A DNA stretch of 64,000 nucleotides from an uncultured cyanobacterium (GTDB taxonomy: Bacteria; Cyanobacteriota; Cyanobacteriia; Cyanobacteriales; CAWUOF01): NCBI GenBank assembly GCA_963744145.1, contig CAVUSO010000001.1:7552001-7616000 (forward strand), given 5' to 3'. A program made the position numbers and the translations under genes. How positions within the stretch are numbered: position 1 is the stretch's first letter; the number at the start of each line of letters is the position of its first letter. This document shows, one piece after another, positions 1 through 11,396 of this stretch. The notes below the pieces were generated by a model. The model saw only the letters and a list, made by a program, of their open reading frames with translations. It did no database searches and was not told the DNA's origin.

Positions 1-279
1 CATAAAACTCGTTTATATGAAGTAATTGAAACTGCCAAAATTAGGTTGGAAACTCTCAAAGAAAAAGGAGTTGGTTTACAAATTGCTTGGGGATGGGCAA
101 AAGGATGGGAAGTGGTAATTAAATATTGCTTGAATTGGCGATCGCTTAATTTAGCAAATCAACTTTTTACTACCCAACAAGAGGAATTTTCTTCCTATCC
201 GGAAGTGCTAGAATGGGTACGCGAAATCGAACAAATACAACGAAGCAATTTATCTAAAAATTCCTCTGAATCGGGTTAG
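1..279 (+). CDS. 3' end of a CDS entering from outside the window; unknown product
   Basis: Frame of ORF 46..279 is open back to base 1 (HKTRLYEVIETAKIRLETL...); stop TAG at 277-279. Confidence 0.6.
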   Translation, partial: HKTRLYEVIETAKIRLETLKEKGVGLQIAWGWAKGWEVVIKYCLNWRSLNLANQLFTTQQEEFSSYPEVLEWVREIEQIQRSNLSKNSSESG

Positions 280-335
280 ATTGATCTATTAATAAACCTA
301 TTCCTACCAATTTTAAGCTCAATTTGCGGATTTCC

Positions 336-407
336 GTAGGGGCAAAGCATTTCGGCAAATAAATAATTGCTAACACGAAGAATAATATTACCGAAATGCT
401 TTGCCCT
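336..407 (+). repeat. REP-like long hairpin with GTAG leader (type A)
   Basis: GTAGGGGCAAAGCATTTCGG...CCGAAATGCTTTGCCCT; related copies at about 40843 and 53293. Confidence 0.9.
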
Positions 408-1229
408 CGCCATTCATGAAACCAACCGATCAACTATATGCTGCTCTTGGGTTGATCTAGTCAATCGATTTGCTGCATAATTGGCCGAGGGCAAAGCATT
501 CCGGTCTGAATTTTCTCGATTTAACCGATCGCTGATCTGCCGGAATGCGAAAGCCCCTACAAATCCGGACCTCGCCATTCATGAAACTAACCGATCAACT
601 ATATGCTGCTCTTGGGTTGATCTAGTCAATCGATTTGCTGCATAATTGGCCGAGGGCAAAGCATTCCGGTCTGAATTTTCTCGATTTAACCGATCGCTGA
701 TCTGCCGGAATGCGAAAGCCCCTACAAATCCGGACCTCGCCATTCATGAAACTAACCGATCAACTATATGCTGCTCTTGGGTTGATCTAGTCAATCGATT
801 TGCTGCATAATTGGCCGAGGGCAAAGCATTCCGGTCTGAATTTTCTCGATTTAACCGATCGCTGATCTGCCGGAATGCGAAAGCCCCTACAAATCCGGAC
901 CTCGCCATTCATGAAACTAACCGATCAACTATATGCTGCTCTTGGGTTGATCTAGTCAATCGATTTGCTGCATAATTGGCCGAGGGCAAAGCATTCCGGT
1001 CTGAATTTTCTCGATTTAACCGATCGCTGATCTGCCGGAATGCGAAAGCCCCTACAAATCCGGACCTCGCCATTCATGAAACTAACCGATCAACTATATG
1101 CTGCTTTTGGGTTGATCTAGTCAATCGATTTGCTGCATAATTGGCCGAGGGCAAAGCATTCCGGTCTGAATTTTCTCGATTTAACCGATCGCTAATCTGC
1201 CGGAATGCTTTGCCCCTACAAATCCGGAC
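406..1229. repeat. Tandem array of 5 x 165-bp units, each with a reverse-oriented REP-like hairpin ending CCCCTAC
   Basis: CTCGCCATTC recurs at 406, 571, 736, 901, 1066; units nearly identical; partial tail fragment at about 1241-1265. Confidence 0.95.
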
Positions 1230-1412
1230 AAAATTCTGTTTATAGTCAATCGATTTGCTGCATAAGGCGAAATATTTTATCCCAAGAAATCCATTTAAAA
1301 GCTATTCAATTAGTCGATCGCATCCATCAACTATCAAGGAATAATGCGATATCGAGTTTCAGGGAAAACATCAGAGTGCTGAAGCGCAACTACATACCTC
1401 AACCGAGATATT

Positions 1413-2267
1413 TCAAGCCATTTCCCAACATTCTTCCCGAATCAGGCGAATTTGTGCTAAAGCAAATATAGTTGGAATAATGCGGACGTAATTAGTCGCG
1501 ATCGCTCTCCAACCCAAATCAGCTAAGAACCAGGTCCATAATATCGGTCCTAACACATTAATCATAGTCCGAACAGCGCCATATCGAGCAGCACTAACAG
1601 CCATTCCACGTTTAGCAGTTTGGACAGCTACATATTTTTGGAATTGAGTTGCTCCGACTACACTACCTTGTAACAAAGCTTCTCGAGCAATTTGATATTG
1701 AGCAAATTGGATTGCTACTCTCCGTGCCATTTCTTGGAGTAAGATCGGTTTAATCACTGAACTAAGTGCCAAAGCACTACCACCTTTTACCAATAAACTG
1801 ATCGGATCACGTAGGATCTCTAGGGGGATAGCATAATTAGATTGGGCTAGACTAGATTTTACTCTATGGTTTAATACTTCTTGGTCATTTTTTGGCAATT
1901 TTGTCCAAGCTTTCCCTAATAAATTTAAAAATACCTCTGCTTCTAAATCTGTGGTAGACAATCGGTGAGAGTAACAAATTTTCAGGTAACGACAAACCTG
2001 AATTAAAGCTTGTCTATAGGTAAATTCCCCAGTTTTTCCTCTTAATACCGTAATTCCATCTGCTGCTAAAAACCGAAATCTTTGTTCGAGAGCATCGATC
2101 CATGCTTGTCGATCGCGACTTTTCACATCAATCGGATGAGGTGTGTGTAAATAATCTAAGGGATTAAAGCGACGACTAAACAGAATATCAGTTAGTTGCT
2201 GCAATTCCTCTGGTGTGGCTAATTCCAATCCTGATCTTAACTCGTCCAACTTAGCTCCCTCCATCAT
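1413..2267 (-). CDS. YaaW-family conserved cyanobacterial protein
   Basis: DELRSGLELAT...RFRFLAADG...ATNYxRIIPTIFALAQIRL pattern recognised. Confidence 0.75.
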   Translation of the reverse strand: MMEGAKLDELRSGLELATPEELQQLTDILFSRRFNPLDYLHTPHPIDVKSRDRQAWIDALEQRFRFLAADGITVLRGKTGEFTYRQALIQVCRYLKICYSHRLSTTDLEAEVFLNLLGKAWTKLPKNDQEVLNHRVKSSLAQSNYAIPLEILRDPISLLVKGGSALALSSVIKPILLQEMARRVAIQFAQYQIAREALLQGSVVGATQFQKYVAVQTAKRGMAVSAARYGAVRTMINVLGPILWTWFLADLGWRAIATNYVRIIPTIFALAQIRLIREECWEMA

Positions 2268-2398
2268 TACCTGTTATTCTTGCTTGGATATTTTCTGGGG
2301 ATCGGGGGTTTTCTGGTTGCCAACTCGAGAACTTAGTTACCCAGATTATAATATGATTATTTCAACGGCATCCCATCGGTCAAACTATTGAAGTAAGC

Positions 2399-3520
2399 AT
2401 GGATCAAAGTCATCATATTTTTGATATTGTGGTAATTGGGGCTGGTATGGCTGGGTTAGTAGTAGCGCAACAACTCCACCATGCTGGTTATCAGGTGCTA
2501 GTGGTAGAAAAATCGCGCGGGTTAGGGGGAAGATTAGCCACACGTCGGTTTGATCATAGCTGTGCTGATCATGGTACACCTTTTTTAGAACCGATCAGCG
2601 ATTTATTGCAACCTTTAGTGCAGGTTTTAGTCGATCGCGGTCAAGTTGTCCCTTGGTCCGATCGGGTTTATAGTATTGGTGCTGATCACCAGCTCCAGGT
2701 TTCAACACAATGGTGTCCTTATTATATTGCACCAACCGGGATGAGTGCGATCGCGAAATTAATCGCGGTTGATTTAAACATTTGGCTCAACCATCGGGTC
2801 AATGGAATTAGCCTAACAGACGATCATCACTGGCATCTTACCTTAGAACAGACCGATGGTAGTAGCGAAAATTTGACGGAATTAACAGCAAAAGCAATTG
2901 TAGTCGCAATTCCTGCACCACAAGCTTTAATCCTCTTAGAACCTTTAACCTTAATGGGATTACCCCCAGAATTAATTGAGAATTTAAGGACAGTCAAGTT
3001 TGATCCTTGTATAAGTGCGATCGCGCGTTATCCCCAAGAACGACAACGGGATTTAGCATTACGAGAAACTGCTTGGAGAGCGGTAGTTTTTCCTGATGAT
3101 GATGATTTAGCTTGGATTGGTTGGGATAGTAGCAAACGGATCGACGCAAAAAAACCTGTCTTTGTCCTGCGTAGTAAACCTAGTTTTGCTGAAAATTATT
3201 TAGATGTCACTGATTTACAAAGTGCTGGAGAGCAATTATTAGCTCGTGCTGCACATTATTTAATTCCTTGGTTAAATGAACCAGAGTTGCTCCAAATCCA
3301 TAAATGGCGTTATGCTTTTCCTAGTCGTTCATGGACTCAAGCTTGTCTAGGTACGGACATCCCCTTACCCTTAGTTTGTTGTGGTGATTGGTGTGGGGAA
3401 AATTTAATCGAAAGTGCTGTTTCTTCTGGATTAGCTGCGGCTCACCAAGTTAATCTACATTTAGCACAAAAAAAACTAATTCCTTCAGCAGCTTTTTGGC
3501 AAGTTATCACTAAAATGTAG
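2399..3520 (+). CDS. Renalase-like NAD/FAD-dependent oxidoreductase
   Basis: GAGMAG Rossmann motif, EKSRGLGGRLATRR, C-terminal WRYA and CGDWC. Confidence 0.85.
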   Translation: MDQSHHIFDIVVIGAGMAGLVVAQQLHHAGYQVLVVEKSRGLGGRLATRRFDHSCADHGTPFLEPISDLLQPLVQVLVDRGQVVPWSDRVYSIGADHQLQVSTQWCPYYIAPTGMSAIAKLIAVDLNIWLNHRVNGISLTDDHHWHLTLEQTDGSSENLTELTAKAIVVAIPAPQALILLEPLTLMGLPPELIENLRTVKFDPCISAIARYPQERQRDLALRETAWRAVVFPDDDDLAWIGWDSSKRIDAKKPVFVLRSKPSFAENYLDVTDLQSAGEQLLARAAHYLIPWLNEPELLQIHKWRYAFPSRSWTQACLGTDIPLPLVCCGDWCGENLIESAVSSGLAAAHQVNLHLAQKKLIPSAAFWQVITKM

Positions 3521-3542
3521 TTAAACTGTGATAAATTTTTTT

Positions 3543-4325
3543 ATGAAGACTGAGCCTGTAGATCCTCAATCCCTCCTTAATTTCCCAGTAGAACAAAGCT
3601 CCGTCATTCCTAACTCAGTGATTGTGCGTTTAGAAAATATTGATAAGTTCTATGGTATTGGAGAAATAGAAGTTCGGGCACTAAATAATGTTAGTCTCAC
3701 GATCGAAGCAGGTGAGTATTGCTCAATTATGGGTGCTTCTGGTTCAGGAAAATCCACAGTCATGAATATTATTGGGTGTTTGGATCGTCCTACCAATGGT
3801 CACTACTATTTAGATCGGTTAGATGTATCTCAACTTCCAGAAAAAGATTTAGCTAAGATTCGCAATGTCAAGTTAGGGTTTGTGTTTCAACAATTTCATT
3901 TATTACCCCAGTTAACCGCATTGGAAAATGTCATGTTACCCATGGTTTATGCTGGTGTGAAAAATGATGAACGTCGGGAACGCGCAACCACAGCATTGAC
4001 CAAGGTAGGATTAGATCATCGCATGAATAATAAACCTTCCCAGTTGTCGGGAGGACAACAACAACGGGTCGCGATCGCTCGTGCTATTGTGAATCGTCCT
4101 GTTTTAATTCTCGCTGATGAACCTACTGGTGCTTTGGATTCCAAAACTACTCAAGAGGTAATTGATATTTTTTCGGAATTGAATGCTAGTGGGATTACTA
4201 TTGTGATGGTAACTCACGAACCTGATGTGGCTCGTTGTACTAATCGGATTGTTTGGTTTCGTGATGGTGAAATTATCCATTCCCATCTCACTCCTGATGA
4301 TCTCAGTCATGCTAATTCTTTTTAA
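3543..4325 (+). CDS. ABC transporter ATP-binding protein (LolD/MacB-like)
   Basis: Walker [32 protein letters not shown]. Confidence 0.9.
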   Translation: MKTEPVDPQSLLNFPVEQSSVIPNSVIVRLENIDKFYGIGEIEVRALNNVSLTIEAGEYCSIMGASGSGKSTVMNIIGCLDRPTNGHYYLDRLDVSQLPEKDLAKIRNVKLGFVFQQFHLLPQLTALENVMLPMVYAGVKNDERRERATTALTKVGLDHRMNNKPSQLSGGQQQRVAIARAIVNRPVLILADEPTGALDSKTTQEVIDIFSELNASGITIVMVTHEPDVARCTNRIVWFRDGEIIHSHLTPDDLSHANSF

Positions 4326-4349
4326 TAGACAAGAAACCAAAAATAACTA

Positions 4350-4413
4350 GGACAGTCAAGATGACTGTCCCACAGTAGTCATTGGTTTTGGTGGGACAGA
4401 CATCTTGTCTGTC
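4350..4413. repeat. Inverted pair of short GTGG-led REP-like palindromes
   Basis: GGACAGTCAAGATGACTGTCCCAC (4350-4373) and GTGGGACAGACATCTTGTCTGTC (4391-4413); third copy at 8376. Confidence 0.75.
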
Positions 4414-4500
4414 AGATCATAAGACTTTTGCAAGAAGTCCAATGGCTATTTTTGTTGTATGCTGAAGAAAATTTCATCCTAATTAGGTAATTTAACCGGA

Positions 4501-4953
4501 ATGCAGATCCAATTTCGCGAATATGACCCTTTTGATCTCTGGATCTGGATCGAGTTTAGCACCGTTCCATCTGGGGGAGAAAAGCAATATGTAGAAGAAT
4601 TATTTAATTCCTGGTTTTTTTTAGGAAAATTAGGAGGGTTTAATGCGGAAAATCTACAAGTCCAGGATGAAGGATTAGAGATTAGTCAGATGGACTATGA
4701 TCTAGACATGGCGGAAAATAGTATGATGGCATTAATGCACAATATGGGAGAATTTGAATATCAAGGTAAATGGGGTCGTTGTTGGTTTGACTTAGGGACC
4801 AGCGATGCGATCGCTCTTGATGTTTTAATTAATGCTTGTAGACAACTCAGTCGAGAATTTGTCACCCTCGAAAAATTGATTATCGGTGGTGAAAATAAAA
4901 ATTGGACTGTAGATCGAAATAAGCGGTTGGAAAATTTTATTGGAGATAACTAA
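4501..4953 (+). CDS. DUF3531-like conserved cyanobacterial/plastid protein
   Basis: MQIQFRExDPFDLWIW...SWFFLGKLGGFNAENLQ. Confidence 0.75.
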   Translation: MQIQFREYDPFDLWIWIEFSTVPSGGEKQYVEELFNSWFFLGKLGGFNAENLQVQDEGLEISQMDYDLDMAENSMMALMHNMGEFEYQGKWGRCWFDLGTSDAIALDVLINACRQLSREFVTLEKLIIGGENKNWTVDRNKRLENFIGDN

Positions 4954-4960
4954 ACTAACT

Positions 4961-5395
4961 ATGTCTCACAAAACTGGGGAAATCAGGGTATTAGCTTTGG
5001 GGATAATTCGAGATCAGGATCGGATATTTATCTCGGAAGGATACGATCCCGCTAAACAAACCACCTTTTATCGAGTAATGGGGGGTGGAGTTGACTTCGG
5101 AGAAACCAGTTATGCTGCTTTACAACGAGAATTTCAAGAAGAAATTCAAGCTGAATTAACAAATATTAAATATTTGGGTTGCTTAGAAAATATCTTTGTC
5201 TTTAATGGTAAACCAGGACATGAATTAATTCAACTTTACCAAGGTGATTTTGTCGATCGCAAATTTTATCAATTAGAAGAAATCATATTCGCTGAAGGTG
5301 AAAGAAGAAAAAAAGCACTTTGGGTGGATATCCAGAAATTTGCATCAGGAGAATTAAGAATCGTTCCGGAAAATTTCCTCACTTATCTTCAATAA
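4961..5395 (+). CDS. NUDIX hydrolase
   Basis: Nudix box GGGVDFGETSYAALQREFQEEI; ATG at 4961. Confidence 0.85.
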   Translation: MSHKTGEIRVLALGIIRDQDRIFISEGYDPAKQTTFYRVMGGGVDFGETSYAALQREFQEEIQAELTNIKYLGCLENIFVFNGKPGHELIQLYQGDFVDRKFYQLEEIIFAEGERRKKALWVDIQKFASGELRIVPENFLTYLQ

Positions 5396-5401
5396 TGATC
5401 A

Positions 5402-6520
5402 TTATTTCAGAGCAGAGATATTGTTAAACCAACCACGTTTCCAGAAATAGTAAACCAAACAACTGGCGATCGCGAGCATTAACAATAAACAAATCGGATA
5501 ACCCCAATAAGCATTCAATTCTGGCATATTGAAGGGAGATTTATCAGTATTAAAATTCATCCCATAGACCCCAGCAATAAAAGTCAAGGGAATAAAAATG
5601 GTAGAAATAATGGTGAGTAATTTCATAATTTCATTCATTTTATTACTCACCGAAGACAAATAAACATCCATTAAACTAGCAGCAATTTCCCGATAACTTT
5701 CCACCATATCCATTACTTGAACTGCGTGATTATAAGAATCGCGTAAATAAATCCGAATCTCCGGACTAATCAGATCACTACCATCACGAATTAAAATATT
5801 AATCGCATCTCGTTGGGACCAAATTGCTCGACGCAGAGAAAGTAATCTACGTCGAATATGATAAATTTTTTCCAAAGTCTGGGAATTCGGATTATTGACT
5901 ACTTCCGTTTCTAAAAATTCAATTTGTTCACCATACTCTTCCAGGACAGGAAAAAAACCGTCAATAATCGCATCAATTAAAGCATAAGCTAAAAAATCAG
6001 CTCCCTGCTTCCGGATATTACCTTTATTATTAGTAATGCGATCGCGAACTGGATCAAAGCAATCATATTCTGGTTCTTCTTGGACTGTAAGTAAATAATC
6101 CTTCCCTAAAACGAGACTAACTTGCTCTTTGTGAAAACGATTTGATCCAGATTTTAATAGCACCATCCAAACAATAATCACTAGCTGATCATCATAATCC
6201 ACCACTTTCGGACGCTGAGGTACATTTACCACATCTTCTAGAGTAAGAGGATGCAAGTTAAATAGCTTTCCAAATTTATCCCAAGTATCCTCATTACCCA
6301 ATCCTTGCACATCTACCCAAGTAACAGATTCACTATCGACAAAATTGGCACATTCTTCGGGAGAGTTGACGTTGATGTGAGTAGCCGTAAATTCATTATA
6401 GTTAATTAAGACTAGATTCGGAGGTAGAGCATCTGCATCTAAATCAAGATATCCTGGCAATCGACCTGGTTGATCATAAAAGTAATCTAAATGGGAATCA
6501 TCTTCACGTTCATTGTTCAT
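5402..6520 (-). CDS. corA: Mg/Co transporter CorA
   Basis: YGMNF signature, QRPK motif, two C-terminal TM helices. Confidence 0.95.
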   Translation of the reverse strand: MNNEREDDSHLDYFYDQPGRLPGYLDLDADALPPNLVLINYNEFTATHINVNSPEECANFVDSESVTWVDVQGLGNEDTWDKFGKLFNLHPLTLEDVVNVPQRPKVVDYDDQLVIIVWMVLLKSGSNRFHKEQVSLVLGKDYLLTVQEEPEYDCFDPVRDRITNNKGNIRKQGADFLAYALIDAIIDGFFPVLEEYGEQIEFLETEVVNNPNSQTLEKIYHIRRRLLSLRRAIWSQRDAINILIRDGSDLISPEIRIYLRDSYNHAVQVMDMVESYREIAASLMDVYLSSVSNKMNEIMKLLTIISTIFIPLTFIAGVYGMNFNTDKSPFNMPELNAYWGYPICLLLMLAIASCLVYYFWKRGWFNNISALK

Positions 6521-6550
6521 GGTTAATTAGTTAGGGTAACTTTTCAGCGG

Positions 6551-6582
6551 AAAAAGCAGTTTGTTTTAACAAACTGCTTTTT
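6551..6582. terminator. Intrinsic terminator of groEL2, probably bidirectional
   Basis: AAAAAGCAGTTTGTT-TT-AACAAACTGCTTTTT perfect stem with A/T tails. Confidence 0.8.
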
Positions 6583-6606
6583 ACCTAGTATGCAGCTAGT
6601 AGGATA

Positions 6607-8286
<1,680 letters not shown>

Positions 8287-8301
8287 TTACTAATAGCTAA
8301 T

Positions 8302-8328
8302 TTAGCACTCTAACGGTCTGAGTGCTAA
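8302..8328 (-). promoter_or_regulatory. CIRCE element (HrcA operator)
   Basis: Exact TTAGCACTC-N9-GAGTGCTAA 33 bp upstream of groEL2. Confidence 0.95.
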
Positions 8329-8375
8329 AAAATTTTCTCGTTGCTCAAGTTTTTTTTTGTGAAAAAAGATCAGAT

Positions 8376-8399
8376 GTGGGACAGGCATCTTGCCTGTCC
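8376..8399 (+). repeat. GTGG-led short REP-like palindrome
   Basis: GTGGGACAGGCATCTTGCCTGTCC, same family as 4350-4413. Confidence 0.7.
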
Positions 8400-8453
8400 A
8401 TAAATTGGCCAATCAGGACTTTTGCTTTCTTGTCTAATACCTGGAACCGGATA

Positions 8454-8610
8454 CAATACGGTTCGTTTAAGGATATTTTGGGAGATATCGACGGAAGAAG
8501 GGCGAAGCATTCGGACATAATATTAACGGGTTTAAGCAATAAATTATCGCCCGAATGCTATGCCTCCGGCACGCTACGCGAACGCCCCTACACTTAACCG
8601 AACCGTATTG
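8454..8610. mobile_element. MITE, 157 bp, carrying a type-B REP-like hairpin
   Basis: TIRs CAATACGGTTCGTTTAA / TTAACCGAACCGTATTG; exact 10-bp TSD GAACCGGATA at 8444-8453 and 8611-8620. Confidence 0.9.
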
Positions 8611-8665
8611 GAACCGGATAATTAATTTAGGTCTACCAGGATATTTTTACAGAGAATTAGTATAT

Positions 8666-8684
8666 ATTGAGAATTAATATCAAT
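8666..8684 (+). promoter_or_regulatory. Putative Fur box upstream of feoAB
   Basis: ATTGAGAATTAATATCAAT, an imperfect 19-bp palindrome resembling the cyanobacterial Fur consensus, 20 bp before the feoA ATG. Confidence 0.7.
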
Positions 8685-8704
8685 ATACTGAGAGTTTCTT
8701 GCAA

Positions 8705-8941
8705 ATGGCTACTACTAACCTCAATAGTCTTAAACCTGGTCAGTCGGCTAAAATTATCGGTTTACACCTAGATGCGAGCCTTAAACACCGTCTCTATGCT
8801 TTGGGTTTCCGTTATGGACAAGAAATTCATCTCCTGCGACAAGGCTGGATGTCTGGGCCATTACATCTCCGGATTTGCATGACAGAAGTAATGTTGCGTC
8901 GTTCTGATGCAGCTCAGGTTCAGGTTGCATCAATTAATTAG
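8705..8941 (+). CDS. feoA: Ferrous iron transport protein A
   Basis: L.PGQSAKI...RLYALGF..G.EI...GPL...LRRSDA; directly upstream of feoB. Confidence 0.9.
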   Translation: MATTNLNSLKPGQSAKIIGLHLDASLKHRLYALGFRYGQEIHLLRQGWMSGPLHLRICMTEVMLRRSDAAQVQVASIN

Positions 8942-8949
8942 GTAAATAA

Positions 8950-10743
8950 ATGAAACGGATTGCAGTTTTGGGGATGCCTAATAGTGGAAAATCCACTTTT
9001 TTTAACCGTTTGACAGGTTCTCAAGCTCACATTGGCAATTGGCCCGGAATTACGATCGATCTAATGCTGGGCCAGGTGAAATTGAATGACGAACTGGTGG
9101 AAGTGGTGGATTTACCAGGAATTTATGATCTACGTGGGTTTTCTGAGGATGAAGGTGTAGTCAGACGCTTTCTTGACAATACACCTCTAGATTTAGTGCT
9201 AATAATTATCAATACAGCTCAGATCGATCGGCAAATCATCCTACCTATCCAAATTCAGGAATTGGGATTACCAGCAGTTGTGTTGTTGAATATGGTAGAT
9301 GAGGCTGCTCGGTTTGGAGTCAAGGTGGAATCAGCAGCTTTAGCCCAACGTTTGTTTATGCCCGTTTTGCCCATTAGTGCCAAATATGGGTCTGGATATG
9401 AGCAGGCGATCGCGACGATCTCAACAAGTATACATCAGCAAGATCAAGCGATGCAGGTAGAACATTTGCATGAGCGTTTATTACCTGATGACCAATTAAC
9501 TGAGCAAATTAGCAAGATCCTGGATGGAACTGTAGTCATTCCCCAAAGGCTTTCTGATCGATTAACCAGTCGTTTAGATCAGATATTACTGCATCCAGTT
9601 TTGGGATTACCAATTTTTTGGGGAGCAATGTATCTGGTTTTCCAAGCAATCTACGCAATTGGGACACCTTTGCAACAATGGCTAGGTAATGGTTTAGATT
9701 GGATCAAGGATACAGCCCTAGAACCAATACTGACTCCGCTCCCAGTTTTTCTCAAAGGATTACTCCTGGATGGATTATATGAAGGTGTGGGGACAGTAGC
9801 CGCGTTCTTACCAGTGATTTTTTTATTCTTTCTCTGTATGGCAGTAATAGAGGATAGTGGTTATCTATCCCGTTCAGCTTTTCTCATGGATGCACTGATG
9901 GAGCGATTAGGACTCGATGGTCGCTCTTTTGTCATGTCCTTAATGGGTTTTGGCTGTAATGTCCCAGCAATTTTAGGAACGAGAGTCATGCGATCGCCCG
10001 GATTGCGGATGCTATCGATGTTAGTAATTCCCTTTTCTCTTTGTTCAGCCCGACTGAATGTATTTATGTTTATTGCGACAGCAATGTTTGCACCTCAGAA
10101 CGCTCCAAAAGTAATATTTAGCCTATATTTGCTCAGTTTTGTAGCGGCAATTTTGACTGCGGCATTGTTCAAAGGAAATTTCTCAAGTCAAGAACATTTA
10201 GTATTAGAATTACCCCCCTATCGATTACCAACGCTGAAGCAGATGCTAGTCAGAGCATGGTGTGAAGTCAAACATTTTTGGATTTGGTCGCGACGGTTTA
10301 TTATTTTTGGAGTAGTAGCAATCTGGCTATTAAATAATCTCCCTACCAACGTACCAACAGCTAGCTCCCAAACTTTATCAGGTATACTTGGTCAATGGAT
10401 GCAACCCCTATTTGCTCCTCTGGGAATCAATGCTCAACTGACAGTGGCGCTCTTTTTTGGTTTCATTGCCAAAGAGATTGTTTTAGGTGGTCTAGCTGTA
10501 ATCTATGCTAAATCAGAGGGTAAAGATTTGGCTGATGCGATCGCCCAGCAAGTAGATTGGGTACAAGCTTATAGTTTTATGTTATTTACCTTGCTTTATG
10601 TACCCTGTCTATCAACAGTGGCTGTGTTGAAAAGTGAATCTAAGAGTATTAAGTTTACCTTATTTGCAATTAGTTGGTCGATGGGATTAGCATGGATAGC
10701 TAGTTTTGTGTTTTACCAAGGAACAAGGGCACTGGGATTTTGA
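8950..10743 (+). CDS. feoB: Ferrous iron transport protein B
   Basis: GMPNSGKS, GNWPGIT, DLPG GTPase motifs; GFGCNVPA and YVPCLS membrane motifs. Confidence 0.95.
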   Translation: MKRIAVLGMPNSGKSTFFNRLTGSQAHIGNWPGITIDLMLGQVKLNDELVEVVDLPGIYDLRGFSEDEGVVRRFLDNTPLDLVLIIINTAQIDRQIILPIQIQELGLPAVVLLNMVDEAARFGVKVESAALAQRLFMPVLPISAKYGSGYEQAIATISTSIHQQDQAMQVEHLHERLLPDDQLTEQISKILDGTVVIPQRLSDRLTSRLDQILLHPVLGLPIFWGAMYLVFQAIYAIGTPLQQWLGNGLDWIKDTALEPILTPLPVFLKGLLLDGLYEGVGTVAAFLPVIFLFFLCMAVIEDSGYLSRSAFLMDALMERLGLDGRSFVMSLMGFGCNVPAILGTRVMRSPGLRMLSMLVIPFSLCSARLNVFMFIATAMFAPQNAPKVIFSLYLLSFVAAILTAALFKGNFSSQEHLVLELPPYRLPTLKQMLVRAWCEVKHFWIWSRRFIIFGVVAIWLLNNLPTNVPTASSQTLSGILGQWMQPLFAPLGINAQLTVALFFGFIAKEIVLGGLAVIYAKSEGKDLADAIAQQVDWVQAYSFMLFTLLYVPCLSTVAVLKSESKSIKFTLFAISWSMGLAWIASFVFYQGTRALGF

Positions 10744-10750
10744 TCAATAG

Positions 10751-11335
10751 TTAAAGTGCCTTAATAAAGGTTGACATTGCCTCCAGTTTCGATGACATTT
10801 GAATACATCTAACCAATAACTTAATATCTAAATCTGGTAAAATTTTACTAGAGTTAATTTTTTCATAATCTTCTCCTTCGAGATGATAAATTGATAATTC
10901 ATTCTTTTCCCAAAACCATACTTCTCTAATTTTAAATAGCTGATATTTTTCCAGTTTTTTCAGGTTTCCACTACTCAGAATTACTTCAATGGCTAAATCA
11001 GGATTATCTTTTTTTTCTCCAATATAATACGATTCGTCTGGTTCAAAAGATGCACCCTTTTCTTCTGCTTCACGGGTAGCACTACCAACGGGAATAAATT
11101 CAATCCGCTTATGTAAAAAAAACAGTTCAATTAAGCTCCCAATAATAGTTTTGAACATTTCATGTTCTTCACTAATAGTCATCAGTTCAATCTGTCCATC
11201 TAAATAAGATATTCTGACACCAGTCGATTTAATTGAGAACTGAATTGGTTTGAATTGTTGCCAAGTATAACGTCCTGGTAACAATAATCTTTGTTCTGAT
11301 TTTGACCAGTTATGATCTAAAGTTTTGGTGGTCAT
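10751..11335 (-). CDS. Uma2-family (PD-(D/E)XK) putative endonuclease
   Basis: EPDESYY, PDLAIEV, K...Y....REVW motifs. Confidence 0.85.
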   Translation of the reverse strand: MTTKTLDHNWSKSEQRLLLPGRYTWQQFKPIQFSIKSTGVRISYLDGQIELMTISEEHEMFKTIIGSLIELFFLHKRIEFIPVGSATREAEEKGASFEPDESYYIGEKKDNPDLAIEVILSSGNLKKLEKYQLFKIREVWFWEKNELSIYHLEGEDYEKINSSKILPDLDIKLLVRCIQMSSKLEAMSTFIKAL

Positions 11336-11396
11336 CTTTTTAGTCACCTCCTAATTTATTATTGGGTTCAAGCATCAGAGCATGGTGGTTGATCGA

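Noticed and set aside
406..1229. Possible CRISPR array
   Set aside because: Whole 165-bp units are near-identical with no unique spacers, and no cas genes are present
1205..1471. 88-aa ORF
   Set aside because: Starts inside the repeat and overlaps the YaaW gene antisense; no recognisable motif
8322..8597. ORFs 8322..8597 and 8345..8539
   Set aside because: Chance frames through CIRCE, REP and MITE sequence
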